Of a stretch of 64,000 nt of DNA, positions 35,119-44,761 are shown piece by piece. The stretch lies in NCBI GenBank assembly GCA_050258415.1, contig JBLMYS010000147.1, positions 3,246 through 67,245 of the forward strand. Reading direction: 5' to 3'. This DNA is from Acidobacteriota bacterium. GTDB lineage: Bacteria > Bacteroidota > Ignavibacteria > Ignavibacteriales > SURF-24. Numbering within the stretch: position 1 is the first letter of the stretch; each line of letters starts with the position of its first letter. Both the position numbers and the translations under genes were made by a program. The notes below the pieces were generated by a model. It saw nothing but the letters and a program-made list of their open reading frames with translations, was not told where the DNA came from and ran no database searches.

Positions 35119-36168
35119 ATGAAAAAGATTAAAGTAACTTTGAGCCTGACACTTATGGGTGCAGTTATAATTGCAGTACTCTTCATGAATAAGGCTTCAA
35201 GAGAATCTCAGGTGGAAAAATCCCTTACAACCGATAAAATTACCGTCTCAGTCGAGCAGGCGAAGATAGAAGCTATCTCCGATGCCCTCTCAATCATCGG
35301 AACTATACAGTCATATAACGACGTAATGGTTATCTCCGAAACCCAGGGCAGAACACTTAAGGTGTTCATTAAAACAGGCGACTTTGTCAAAGAAGGCGCG
35401 GTTATAGCGCAGGTAGACGACGAGCTGAAAAAAGCCGCCTATACCACCGCAAAGGTCAACTTCGAAAAGGCTAAAAAAGACCTCGAGAGAATGGAAGCCC
35501 TTTTTAAGGAAAAAAACATCTCCGACTCCGACCTCGAAAATGCCCGCCTTGGCGCTTCGGCCGCAGAGGCACAGTTTATTGCAGCCCAGAGGACGCTTAA
35601 CGACACAAAGATCAAGGCTCCTATTTCAGGAATAGTTGCAGATAAATTCATCAACCCCGGCACCATGGTCGGCCCCGGCACTCCGGTGGCCAATATAATA
35701 GATATATCTAAACTTAAAGTCAGGGTTAATGTGCCTGAACGCGATGTGTTCAGACTTAAAACCGGTGAAAACGTAACACTTACAACCGACGTCTACCCCG
35801 GCACTGAAATGAAAGGCAGAATTGAAACTATCAGCTCCAAATCCGATAACGCTCATACATACCCGGTTGAAATTGTCCTTGTTAACAATTCACGCACTCC
35901 TCTTAAAGCAGGCATGTTCGCACAGGTCACTTTTACAAGCATTACCGGCAGACAGGCTCTTGCAATACAAAGAGGCGCAATTGTTACAAGCATAAAAAAT
36001 CCCAAAATCTATGTGGTTGAAAACGGCGTTGCAAAACTAAGAGATATAATTGCAGGCAAGGAAACCAACAGAAGAGTTGAAGTTTTAGGCGGGCTCCGCC
36101 CGGGCGATAATGTTGTCATAAGCGGACAGAATAACCTGAGCGATAACGCACGGGTAACCATAAACTAA
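35119..36168 (+). CDS. RND efflux periplasmic adaptor (membrane fusion protein, HlyD family)
   Basis: ATG 35119 (MKKIKVTLSLTLMGAVIIAVLF) is preferred over TTG 35107. Coiled-coil segment, then IKAPISGIVADKFINPGTMVGPGTPVANIID..KVRVNVPE. Confidence 0.85.
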   Translation: MKKIKVTLSLTLMGAVIIAVLFMNKASRESQVEKSLTTDKITVSVEQAKIEAISDALSIIGTIQSYNDVMVISETQGRTLKVFIKTGDFVKEGAVIAQVDDELKKAAYTTAKVNFEKAKKDLERMEALFKEKNISDSDLENARLGASAAEAQFIAAQRTLNDTKIKAPISGIVADKFINPGTMVGPGTPVANIIDISKLKVRVNVPERDVFRLKTGENVTLTTDVYPGTEMKGRIETISSKSDNAHTYPVEIVLVNNSRTPLKAGMFAQVTFTSITGRQALAIQRGAIVTSIKNPKIYVVENGVAKLRDIIAGKETNRRVEVLGGLRPGDNVVISGQNNLSDNARVTIN

Positions 36169-36209
36169 AACCAGCCGGCTTGAAGAATCAAAGATAAGGA
36201 AACACTAAA

Positions 36210-39200
36210 ATGACGATTACAGAATTATCTATAAAAAGGCCGCCGCTTGTAATAGTAATTTTTACCGTGCTGGCTGTCCTTGGATATTTCAGCTATAATC
36301 AGCTACGCTACGAGCTGATTCCCGATGTTACTCCTCCGTTTGTAACTGTTATGACCGCCTATCCCGGAGGGTCGCCAAATGAAGTTGAAACCTCCATAAC
36401 CAAGGTCGTTGAAGACGCGGTTTCAAGCGTCGATAAAATTAAAACTATTCAAAGCAGCTCCTTCGAAGGCGTGTCCTTTGTTTTTATTGAATTCACACAG
36501 TCCGTCGACGTTAATATAGCTCTGCAGAACGTGCAGCGCAAGGTTGGCGAAATTGTAAACCAGCTCCCCTACTCCGCCAAAAGTCCTGTAATTTCAAAGT
36601 TCTCTCTTACCGAGCTCCCGATCTTAAGAATGGGCGTAACGGCTGAAATGGAGCCTAATGAATTCTACCAGTTCATGAAGGACAAGGTTAAACCCCAGAT
36701 CTCTAAACTTGCCGGTGTCGGCCAGGTAACTTTTGCCGGGGGCGAGGAAAGAGAAATTAAAATAAACCTGGACCTTCAAAAGCTCAACTCATACAACATC
36801 CCCGTCCTTCAGGTCCTCCAGGCGGTTAAAAGCTCTAATATGGACTTCCCGGTCGGTAAAATTAAGGATGCAGACGGGCAGTATATTGTAAGAGTCTCAG
36901 GTAAATTTTCCTCTCTCGAGGAACTGAAGAACCTTATTGTAAGCCGGTCGGAAGCCGGGGGCAACATCAAGCTCCAGGACATTGCCGAGGTAGAAGACGG
37001 CACAAAAGAAGCCGAGAGCTACGCCAGGCTCAACGGCAAAAGCGCCCTTGGAGTGCTGGTACAGAAACAAACTGACGCCAATGCCGTTGAGGTGAGCCGA
37101 CTTGTCAATCAGGAACTAAAAAAAATTGAAGCCGCAAATGCCGATAAAAAACTTAAGTTCGACGTGGCACAGGATCTTTCAAGCTTTACGCTCGAGGCGG
37201 CACGCGCCGTAAATAAGGACCTTCTCATTGCAGTCGTGCTCGTGGCAATAGTAATGCTTATGTTCCTGCACAGCCTCAGAAACTCCGTTATCGTAATGGT
37301 TGCCATACCGGCTTCACTCGTTTCAACTTTCATAGGAATGTATGCATTCGGTTTCTCGCTTAACCTGATGACGCTTCTGGCGCTTTCACTTGTAATCGGT
37401 ATCCTTGTGGACGACTCAATTGTGGTGCTCGAAAATATTTACCGCCACATGGAACTCGGTAAACCTCAGCGCCAGGCGGCACTGGAGGGAAGAAATGAAA
37501 TTGGTTTTGCAGCGCTCTCAATTACACTCGTGGACGTTGTAGTGTTCCTTCCGCTTGCTCTTATTCAGGGACTCATTGGTGATATAGTGCGCCAGTTTGC
37601 GCTTGTTGTAGTTGTATCCACGCTCTTAAGCCTTTTTGTTTCTTTTACTGTTACACCAATGCTTGCATCACGCTTTACAAAGCTGCAGCACCTTACAAAA
37701 AATACCGCCATGGGACGCTTCGGCATCTGGATTGAAAACGCTTTCGACAGGCTCACTGATAAGTATACCGCCGTCCTGAAACTCGGTATGAATAACGGCT
37801 GGAAGGTAATTGCCTTTGCGGGCCTCCTGCTTGTACTGTCTATCGCCCTGATACCTGCCGGCTTTATTGGCTCCGAGTTCATGCCTCCTTCGGACCGCGG
37901 GGAGCTTGCAGTTATAATGGAACTGCCGGAAAGGATAAACCTCGAAGAGACAAACCTTGTTACTCTTCAGGCAGAAAATATAATTTCAAAAATGCCCGAA
38001 GTAAAAAAAGTGTTTGCTAATGCCGGCTCGTCTTCTGAAGGCTTTATAGGATATACATCCAACAGCGTGGCGGAACTTAACGTATCGCTTGTACCCAAAA
38101 CCCAGAGGACCAAAAGCGATATACAGGTCAGCCGCGAGATAAAGGAAAAACTTCTTCATATCCCGGGCGTTAAACCAAGGGTCAGCCCGATCGGCATCTT
38201 CGGCAGCTCAGATATGGCTCCAATCGCCCTGCTTATATCAGGGCCCGACTTTAATGAAGTTGAAAACGCCGGGAAAATGCTCAAAGAGGCTGTTCAGAAA
38301 ATCCCCGGCACCGGAGACGTGCGTATCAGCAGCGGCGAGGGGAAACCTGAAACCAGAGTTGAAATTAACCGCGAAAAAATGGCCGCTCTCGGCATCGGAC
38401 TCGACCAGGTTGCCGCTACAATGAGAGTCGCCTTTACAGGCGATGACGAATCCAAATTCCGCCAGGGAAACGATGAATACGACATAAGAATTGTTTTCGA
38501 TAAGTTCGACCGCAACAATACCTCCGACCTCGGCAGAATAACTTTTATGAATAACCGCGGCGAGAAGATCGAACTTTCCCAGTTCGCAAATATTTATCAG
38601 ACTATCGGCCCTACACAGCTTTCAAGAAAAAACAGGACCGCGGCCATCTCAATCCTCTCCCAGGCCGTCGGCCGCCCGAGCGGAGATATTGCCGAAGATA
38701 TTAAAAAGGAACTGGCAAAACTGAAGATCCCATCAAATATTGAGGTTACATTTGAAGGAGACGTCCAGATGCAGGAAGAATCCTTCCAAAGCCTTTTCAT
38801 TGCTTTAATGGTCGGGATCCTTTTTGTTTACCTTATCATGGTGGCGCTCTATAACTCTTTTGTCTACCCGTTCATTGTCCTCTTCTCTATCCCTGTGGCC
38901 ATAGTCGGTGCGCTCCTGGCAATGGCGCTCTTTATGAAGTCGCTTAACATATTCTCCATACTCGGCATTATTATGCTGGTGGGACTTGTAGGCAAGAACG
39001 CCATTCTGCTTGTTGACCGTACAAACCAGGTGCGCGAAGAAGGAATGTCTATGCGAGATGCACTTATTGACGCGGGGCGTACAAGGCTCAGGCCTATTTT
39101 AATGACTACATTTGCAATGGTCTTCGGAATGCTCCCGATTGCAATTTCAATGGGCGCAAGCTCTGAACTAAAGTCGGGCCTTGCCACGGCCCTTGTAGGA

Positions 39201-40745
39201 GGCCTTATCAGTTCACTTCTGCTTACACTTATACTTGTACCCGCGGTTTACATAAAAGTGGAAAACCTGAAGGTGAGGGTTGTTAACTTTATTGACAGGT
39301 TTAAGGATAAAGGATCTAAAGAAGAAACTCGTCAAGAAGAATATAAACAACCCGTTGAAGAAGAAGAGCCCGGTACGTTCAGCTTCAGAAAGATGCTTAA
39401 GGGATTCAGCATATTTATCATAATCCTCATGGCCCTTTCTTCATCTTCCTATGCACAGAAAGTAAGAAGGCTCTCTCTTAATGATGCCGTTTCTATTGCG
39501 CTTGAACAGAACCGGGACCTTAAGATTGCTTATTACGACAAAGCTAAAAACGGGCAGAGGGTAAAAGAAGCCTACGGAAATGCAATGCCTACCATTACAG
39601 GATCGGGGCAGTACATCAGAAACCTGAAGCTTCCTGTTTTCTATATGCCGAGCTTTTCGTTCGACCCGAATGCCGGGCTTACAATGGGACCAAGCCAGCC
39701 GATGGAAATAGGCCTTAAAAACAACTTTACAGGTACAATCAGCGCCGAATGGCCTCTTTTCCAGGGGGCCATTTATGCCGGCATCAGAGCCGCCAGAATT
39801 ATAGATGAGATCGGCTCTGAAAACATTATAAATACACGGGCCTCAACCATTACAGAAGTCAGGAAAGCATACTATAATATTCTTATCGTAAAAGAGCAGT
39901 ATAACCTCCTTGCGCAGAGCATCAAAAGAGGCTCTCAGGCACTCAGGGATGTAAAACTCCTCTTTCAGCAGGGACTAGCAGGCGAGCTCGATACTCTGAG
40001 GGCATTTGTTGCGGTTGAAAACCTGAAACCAATGCTCATTAAGACTGAAAATGGCATCTCAATTGCAAAGTCTTTCCTTGGCAATCTTCTGGGCCTTCCT
40101 GCAGGCGAAACGGTTGAGCCTGCGGATTCACTTACAGCCGGAGAATTATTTAAGCAGTACGACTTTTCAGAAGCGTCAGCTGAAGAAGCATTAAATAAGC
40201 GCCCTGAACTCAGCCTGCTGGATCTGCAGATAAGGGCAAATGATGAACTAATTAATGCAGAAATTGCAGGCCACATGCCAACGCTTGCCGCCTTCGGGCA
40301 GCTTCAGGCTGTCCTTCAGGCAGATAACTATAATTTTAACCAGCGCTGGCCCGCCAGCGCTGTAATCGGGCTCAACCTTTCAATACCGATATTTTCAGGT
40401 TTCAGGACGGATGCAAAGATTGAGCAGGCAAGAATTGAAAAGAAAAAGCTTGAAACACAGTTTGATAACCTGAAGGATTTAATTGCAACTGATGTCAAGG
40501 TTAATGCCTCCAGCGTAGAAGAGGCGCATAAAAGAATCGAAGCACAGACTCAGACGGTAAAGTCGGCCGAAAGGAGTTATGAGCTTACAAGAAGCCGCTG
40601 GCTTAAAGGCGTAAGCCGCCAGACGGAGCTTTTTGACGCCGAACTGGCGCTTACTCAGGCAAAAACAAATTACCTCCAGGCCATTTATGATTATCTTGTA
40701 GCCGGAGCCGAACTGGAAAAATCCCTCGGAAGAGCCGGAAGATAA
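36210..40745 (+). CDS. Single uninterrupted ORF encoding an RND (AcrB/HAE1-type) permease (aa 1 to about 1040) followed in frame by a TolC-like outer membrane factor (aa 1062-1511)
   Basis: 1511 codons with no stop, checked codon by codon across 39240-39440. The N-terminal part has typical ACR_tran sequence (MTITELSIKRPPLVIVIF.. 12 TM pattern). A charged linker KDKGSKEETRQEEYKQPVEEEEPGTFSFRK follows, then MLKGFSIFIIILMALSSSSYAQ (signal-peptide-like), then an OEP-family sequence (RLSLNDAVSIALEQNRDLKIA...). Confidence 0.75.
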   Translation: MTITELSIKRPPLVIVIFTVLAVLGYFSYNQLRYELIPDVTPPFVTVMTAYPGGSPNEVETSITKVVEDAVSSVDKIKTIQSSSFEGVSFVFIEFTQSVDVNIALQNVQRKVGEIVNQLPYSAKSPVISKFSLTELPILRMGVTAEMEPNEFYQFMKDKVKPQISKLAGVGQVTFAGGEEREIKINLDLQKLNSYNIPVLQVLQAVKSSNMDFPVGKIKDADGQYIVRVSGKFSSLEELKNLIVSRSEAGGNIKLQDIAEVEDGTKEAESYARLNGKSALGVLVQKQTDANAVEVSRLVNQELKKIEAANADKKLKFDVAQDLSSFTLEAARAVNKDLLIAVVLVAIVMLMFLHSLRNSVIVMVAIPASLVSTFIGMYAFGFSLNLMTLLALSLVIGILVDDSIVVLENIYRHMELGKPQRQAALEGRNEIGFAALSITLVDVVVFLPLALIQGLIGDIVRQFALVVVVSTLLSLFVSFTVTPMLASRFTKLQHLTKNTAMGRFGIWIENAFDRLTDKYTAVLKLGMNNGWKVIAFAGLLLVLSIALIPAGFIGSEFMPPSDRGELAVIMELPERINLEETNLVTLQAENIISKMPEVKKVFANAGSSSEGFIGYTSNSVAELNVSLVPKTQRTKSDIQVSREIKEKLLHIPGVKPRVSPIGIFGSSDMAPIALLISGPDFNEVENAGKMLKEAVQKIPGTGDVRISSGEGKPETRVEINREKMAALGIGLDQVAATMRVAFTGDDESKFRQGNDEYDIRIVFDKFDRNNTSDLGRITFMNNRGEKIELSQFANIYQTIGPTQLSRKNRTAAISILSQAVGRPSGDIAEDIKKELAKLKIPSNIEVTFEGDVQMQEESFQSLFIALMVGILFVYLIMVALYNSFVYPFIVLFSIPVAIVGALLAMALFMKSLNIFSILGIIMLVGLVGKNAILLVDRTNQVREEGMSMRDALIDAGRTRLRPILMTTFAMVFGMLPIAISMGASSELKSGLATALVGGLISSLLLTLILVPAVYIKVENLKVRVVNFIDRFKDKGSKEETRQEEYKQPVEEEEPGTFSFRKMLKGFSIFIIILMALSSSSYAQKVRRLSLNDAVSIALEQNRDLKIAYYDKAKNGQRVKEAYGNAMPTITGSGQYIRNLKLPVFYMPSFSFDPNAGLTMGPSQPMEIGLKNNFTGTISAEWPLFQGAIYAGIRAARIIDEIGSENIINTRASTITEVRKAYYNILIVKEQYNLLAQSIKRGSQALRDVKLLFQQGLAGELDTLRAFVAVENLKPMLIKTENGISIAKSFLGNLLGLPAGETVEPADSLTAGELFKQYDFSEASAEEALNKRPELSLLDLQIRANDELINAEIAGHMPTLAAFGQLQAVLQADNYNFNQRWPASAVIGLNLSIPIFSGFRTDAKIEQARIEKKKLETQFDNLKDLIATDVKVNASSVEEAHKRIEAQTQTVKSAERSYELTRSRWLKGVSRQTELFDAELALTQAKTNYLQAIYDYLVAGAELEKSLGRAGR
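39393..40745 (+). other. TolC-like outer membrane factor module with its own Met and signal-peptide-like segment, nested in frame in the 36210-40745 ORF (possible internal start)
   Basis: ATG 39393-39395 is in frame with 36210. MLKGFSIFIIILMALSSSSYAQ/KVRRLSLNDAV.. is what an independent OMF precursor would look like. Confidence 0.5.
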
Positions 40746-40756
40746 AAAATGCAGGT

Positions 40757-40812
40757 CCTCGGACTTCGGACCCTGGACCTCGAACTTTGAACCTTGAACC
40801 TTGAACTAAAAA
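40757..40812 (+). repeat. Heptamer tandem array grading from CCTCGGA to CCTTGAA (7-8 units)
   Basis: cctcgga cttcgga ccctgga cctcgaa ctttgaa ccttgaa ccttgaa ctaaaaa. Fills most of the 82-nt gap between stop 40745 and ATG 40828. Confidence 0.8.
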
Positions 40813-40827
40813 AGTGTTAAATTTGAA

Positions 40828-41979
40828 ATGGAAAAACAGGGAAATTTCCGGGACCATAACCCGGACGAAACTCATATGCTTAAAGGCTACAGGAATTATA
40901 TCAGGGAAAATCGTTCCTACGTTTTCGACAGGAGCTTCCGCTTCATAGGAATACCTGTAATCGGAGTGTTTGTTTACCTTATTATCCTTGTTTCAACCCC
41001 TATTCCCCCTGAGGCACCTTTCTCCTTCTGGCCTCACGTGCTGGGCGATTTACTTATTGCCGTTGTAATTTCTATTCTTGTCTGGGAAGGAAACCTTAAG
41101 ATTAACGACAGAATAGGGAAACGTTACGACTGGCACACGCAGCCCAGAAAAAGACTCTTCTACCAGATACTCTTTAATACAATTTATACTATTATTGTTA
41201 TTCTGGGAGCTATACTCCTCTATACAAAGATAATGGATTACCCGCTTCAGAAGGCAATGCCGTTTATCAGGCTTACGATGCTCATCGGCGTAATTATATT
41301 TCTTTTAATTGACGCTATTTATATCGGCTCACACTTTTTCAGGCAGTGGGAAAAATCACGTTTTGAATCCGAGGAGCTCAAGCGCCAGAACCTGCAGTCG
41401 CAGTTCGACGCCCTTAAAAATCAGGTCAACCCACACTTCCTCTTTAACAGCCTGAATACCCTTGCAACTCTTATCTCTGAGGACCAGAAACTGGCCGAGG
41501 AGTTTGTGCAGAGAATTGCAAGCGTCTACCGCTATGTCCTGCAGAATAAGGACAAGGAACTCATAGAGCTTGAAGAAGAATTAAATTTTATTAAAGCTTT
41601 CCTTTTCCTTCAAAGCGTTCGCTTTGGCGAAAACCTCACCGTATTCGTCAGCGTCCCGGCAAATTTTAACAGATACTATATTGCGCCTTTAACCCTTCAG
41701 ATGATCGTTGAAAATGCAATAAAACATAATATCATCTCCTCAGAAAAACCTCTTGAAATACATATATGCGTTGATGATAGTAACATGCTTGTTGTAAGCA
41801 ACAACCTGCAGAAGAAAAAAAATATCAATACCTCTACCGGAATAGGACTCGTAAATATTCAGCAGAGATATGACATTCTGGTAAAAAAGAACATAGAAAT
41901 AATTACCGATGATTCTCATTTTACAGTTAAAATTCCCTTAATCAAAGAGAAGCCCGTTCATGAAAATACTCATTATTGA
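40828..41979 (+). CDS. LytS/YehU-type sensor histidine kinase (membrane domain + His_kinase/GHKL)
   Basis: 383 aa. Several TM segments, then the hallmark NPHFLFNSLNTLATLI and the ATPase region NAIKHNI.. GIGLVNIQQRY. The start is uncertain; the alternative is ATG 40876 (MLKGYRNY). Confidence 0.8.
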   Translation: MEKQGNFRDHNPDETHMLKGYRNYIRENRSYVFDRSFRFIGIPVIGVFVYLIILVSTPIPPEAPFSFWPHVLGDLLIAVVISILVWEGNLKINDRIGKRYDWHTQPRKRLFYQILFNTIYTIIVILGAILLYTKIMDYPLQKAMPFIRLTMLIGVIIFLLIDAIYIGSHFFRQWEKSRFESEELKRQNLQSQFDALKNQVNPHFLFNSLNTLATLISEDQKLAEEFVQRIASVYRYVLQNKDKELIELEEELNFIKAFLFLQSVRFGENLTVFVSVPANFNRYYIAPLTLQMIVENAIKHNIISSEKPLEIHICVDDSNMLVVSNNLQKKKNINTSTGIGLVNIQQRYDILVKKNIEIITDDSHFTVKIPLIKEKPVHENTHY

Positions 41980-42727
41980 AGATGAAGCTCCGGCTTCAAG
42001 AAGATTGAAGAAACTTCTTTCAGAGCTGGAACCGATGGCTGAAATCGAAGGAAGCCTCGAAAGCGTGGAGGCCTCGGTTGAATGGCTTAAGAAAAACCCA
42101 GCCCCCGACATAATTTTCATGGATATACAGCTTTCAGACGGACTCAGCTTTGAAATATTCAACAGCGTTAATGTCGACAGTCCCGTTGTTTTCACTACGG
42201 CCTATGATGAGTATGCGATTCAGGCCTTTAAGGTGAACAGCATAGATTACCTCCTGAAGCCTATCGACACTGAAAGCCTCGCCTCAAGCATCGAAAAATA
42301 CAGGAGGATAAGAGACACCTACTCAGTACAGTACAGGGCAAATGAAATCGCTGAGCTGTTAAAATCCATTACCCCGGCTCACCCTGTGTACAAGTCGCGC
42401 TTTCTTATAAAATCCGGCACAAGCATGCTGGTCATACCGGCAAACGAAATAGCATATTTTTATGTTGAAAATAAAATAACATATCTGGTTGGATGTAACG
42501 GGAAAAAACATCTTACGGATCACTCGCTTGAGGACCTCGAAGAACTCCTGGACCCGCAGTTCTTTTTCCGTGCAAACAGAAAATTCATCGTGCATATAGA
42601 TACAATTGAAAGCGCGGCCTCGGCATTCGGGGGAAAGCTTAAGCTGAGACTCACACAGAAGACCGATGAGGAAATAGTAGTAAGCCGCGAAAGGGCATCG
42701 GCATTCCGTGAGTGGCTGGATAAATAA
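41960..42727 (+). CDS. LytR/AlgR-family response regulator (REC + LytTR DNA-binding domain)
   Basis: 255 aa. MKILIIEDEAPA.. DIIFMDIQLSDGLSFE. LytTR region ..IAYFYVENKITYLV..FFRANRKFIVHIDTI. Overlaps the kinase gene by 20 nt. Confidence 0.9.
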   Translation: MKILIIEDEAPASRRLKKLLSELEPMAEIEGSLESVEASVEWLKKNPAPDIIFMDIQLSDGLSFEIFNSVNVDSPVVFTTAYDEYAIQAFKVNSIDYLLKPIDTESLASSIEKYRRIRDTYSVQYRANEIAELLKSITPAHPVYKSRFLIKSGTSMLVIPANEIAYFYVENKITYLVGCNGKKHLTDHSLEDLEELLDPQFFFRANRKFIVHIDTIESAASAFGGKLKLRLTQKTDEEIVVSRERASAFREWLDK

Positions 42728-42729
42728 AT

Positions 42730-44226
42730 TTATTTGGGAATTGTAAAATAGAAGGCCGAGCCCTCTCCGGGCTGCGACTCCACCCAGATCCGGCCCCCGA
42801 AGTTTTCCACAATTTTCCTGCACAATGAGAGCCCTATTCCCGTCCCCGGGTATTCACTCCGGTCGTGCAGGCGCTGGAATATGCTGAAAATTCTCTCTTT
42901 GAACTGAGGGTCAATTCCTATACCGTTATCTTTAACCATAAAGCGCCACTCGGCCTGCCCGGAACTGCAGCCAACGTGGATCTCGGGAGTCTTCCCGCCT
43001 CGGAATTTTATCGCGTTTGAAATGAGGTTTTCAAAAAGTTGAACTATCTGCCCTGTCTTAGCCTGAATGACCGGCAGGTTTTCACGCCTTATAAAGGCGC
43101 AGCTTTCAGTTATTTCAGGATCAAGACTTTTAATTGCCTCATCGAGCGCAGTATTACAGTTTACAACTTCAAGGTTGCTGTCACTCGAAGTGCGCGAAAA
43201 CTCCAGAAGGTCGCGTATAATATTCTGCATCCTTTTTGCGCCTTCAACCGCAAAGTTTATGTACTCATCGGCGGTCTCATCCAGCTTATCGTGATATTTT
43301 TTGGATAAAAGCTGTGTAAAGCTTGCAACCATTCTTAAAGGCTCCTGCAGATCGTGCGAGGCAACGTAAGCATACTGCTCAAGCTCCCTGTTGGAACGCT
43401 CAAGTTCAGTAAGCGTCTTTCTCAGCTTCTCCTCATCCTGCATCAGCTTTGTAATATCCTGATTTACAAGGATTACGCTTTCAACTGTTTTGTAATCATT
43501 AAAAATCGGTATCGCGGAATTCATAATAGTTCTGCGCGTCCCGTCGGCAGAGATGATGTCAATCAGCTTATCCAGTATCACCTCTCCATCCCGTAAAGCC
43601 TTAAGAATTATCCAGTCCCCAGGCTTTATCTCTTCGCCGGAGTCTGTCCACCACCCATTGAAAGAAGCCAGTTCAGAGGGACCTATCCGTTTAATATTCC
43701 CCCAGATCTTCTTGAATGCCTGATTTGAGATGATAATCTCTCCTTCTTTATCTATAAGTCCCAGTCCTACTGGAATTATGTCCACAACGCTTCTTAAGAG
43801 CACCTCCTGCTGGTGGAGCATTGTTTCAGATTCCCGGCGTCTGTGGCGGACTTCGGATTCACGGATCTCCCTGTCGAGTGCCGGAATGAGCCTTGTGAGG
43901 TTTCCTTTCATTACATAATCATGCGCCCCTGCCTTCATCGCCTTAACTGCAGTCTCCTCCCCTATTGTACCGGAAACGATAATGAAAGGAATATCAAGAT
44001 TTCTTTTTTTCACTATCTCAAGTGCTGCAAGGGCGTTGAATGCCGGAAGCTGGAAATCCGATATTATGGCATCCCAGGACTGCTTGTCCAGGGCCGCCGT
44101 CATTGCATCACCATCCATGACAGTTTCAGTGTATATATTTAAGCCGCTTTTCTTCAGCCTTAATTTCAGAAGCTCTGCATCATCTTCATTATCTTCAATC
44201 ATTAGAATGCGGATCAGACGCTCCAA
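42730..44226 (-). CDS. Hybrid signalling protein: REC + PAS + HisKA + HATPase_c histidine kinase
   Basis: 498 aa with a TTG start 1 nt after the upstream stop. ILMIEDNEDDAELL.. AIISDFQLPAFNA. ASHDLQEPLRMV (H-box). GTGIGLSLCRKIVENFGGRIWVESQPGEGSAFYF. Confidence 0.85.
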   Translation of the reverse strand: MERLIRILMIEDNEDDAELLKLRLKKSGLNIYTETVMDGDAMTAALDKQSWDAIISDFQLPAFNALAALEIVKKRNLDIPFIIVSGTIGEETAVKAMKAGAHDYVMKGNLTRLIPALDREIRESEVRHRRRESETMLHQQEVLLRSVVDIIPVGLGLIDKEGEIIISNQAFKKIWGNIKRIGPSELASFNGWWTDSGEEIKPGDWIILKALRDGEVILDKLIDIISADGTRRTIMNSAIPIFNDYKTVESVILVNQDITKLMQDEEKLRKTLTELERSNRELEQYAYVASHDLQEPLRMVASFTQLLSKKYHDKLDETADEYINFAVEGAKRMQNIIRDLLEFSRTSSDSNLEVVNCNTALDEAIKSLDPEITESCAFIRRENLPVIQAKTGQIVQLFENLISNAIKFRGGKTPEIHVGCSSGQAEWRFMVKDNGIGIDPQFKERIFSIFQRLHDRSEYPGTGIGLSLCRKIVENFGGRIWVESQPGEGSAFYFTIPK

Positions 44227-44227
44227 A

Positions 44228-44683
44228 CTACTTTCCTCCTATATCATAAGGCAGTTCATTTATAACCAGCCAATAAGGCCCAAGGCAGCTTATTAGCTGC
44301 ACAAACTGGTTAAAATCAACAGGTTTAATTACATAGCTGTTTATACCCAGGCTGTAGCTGTTCATTATATCGTTCCTGTCGTTTGAGGTTGTCAGTACTA
44401 CAACCGGAAGCAGCTTTGTCTCCGGGTTCCCGCGCAGCTGCCTGAGCACTTCAAGGCCGTTAATTCCGGGTAGATTGAGGTCCAGGAGTATGACAGCAGG
44501 CAGTCTTTTATTGTCCCTTCCTGAATACTCCCCTCTTGCGAAGAGATAATCGAGAGCTTCAATTCCGTTCCTGGCGACAACAACCTCATTGTTAATGTTA
44601 TTTTTCTTCAGCGCGAGGAGTGTCAGCTCCTCGTCATCCTGATTATCTTCCACAAGCATTATGACCTTGTTTTCCAAATTCAT
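44228..44683 (-). CDS. Stand-alone CheY-like response regulator receiver
   Basis: 151 aa. VIMLVEDNQDDEELT.. PAVILLDLNLPGINGLEVL.. VVVLTTS. No output domain. Confidence 0.9.
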   Translation of the reverse strand: MNLENKVIMLVEDNQDDEELTLLALKKNNINNEVVVARNGIEALDYLFARGEYSGRDNKRLPAVILLDLNLPGINGLEVLRQLRGNPETKLLPVVVLTTSNDRNDIMNSYSLGINSYVIKPVDFNQFVQLISCLGPYWLVINELPYDIGGK

Positions 44684-44761
44684 TGCCGTTCACATTTTTT
44701 ATAATTTAAACGTTTAACCAATAAAATTCAGGTTAAAAAATTGGGCGTTGCATTTATTGAT

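Noticed and set aside
42722-42735. 14-nt perfect palindrome AAATAAATTTATTT covering the stop codons of two convergent genes.
   Set aside because: It consists only of A and T and is too weak to act as a terminator. It is probably just two facing stop codons in AT context. It is noted only because the genes are 2 nt apart with no terminator between them.
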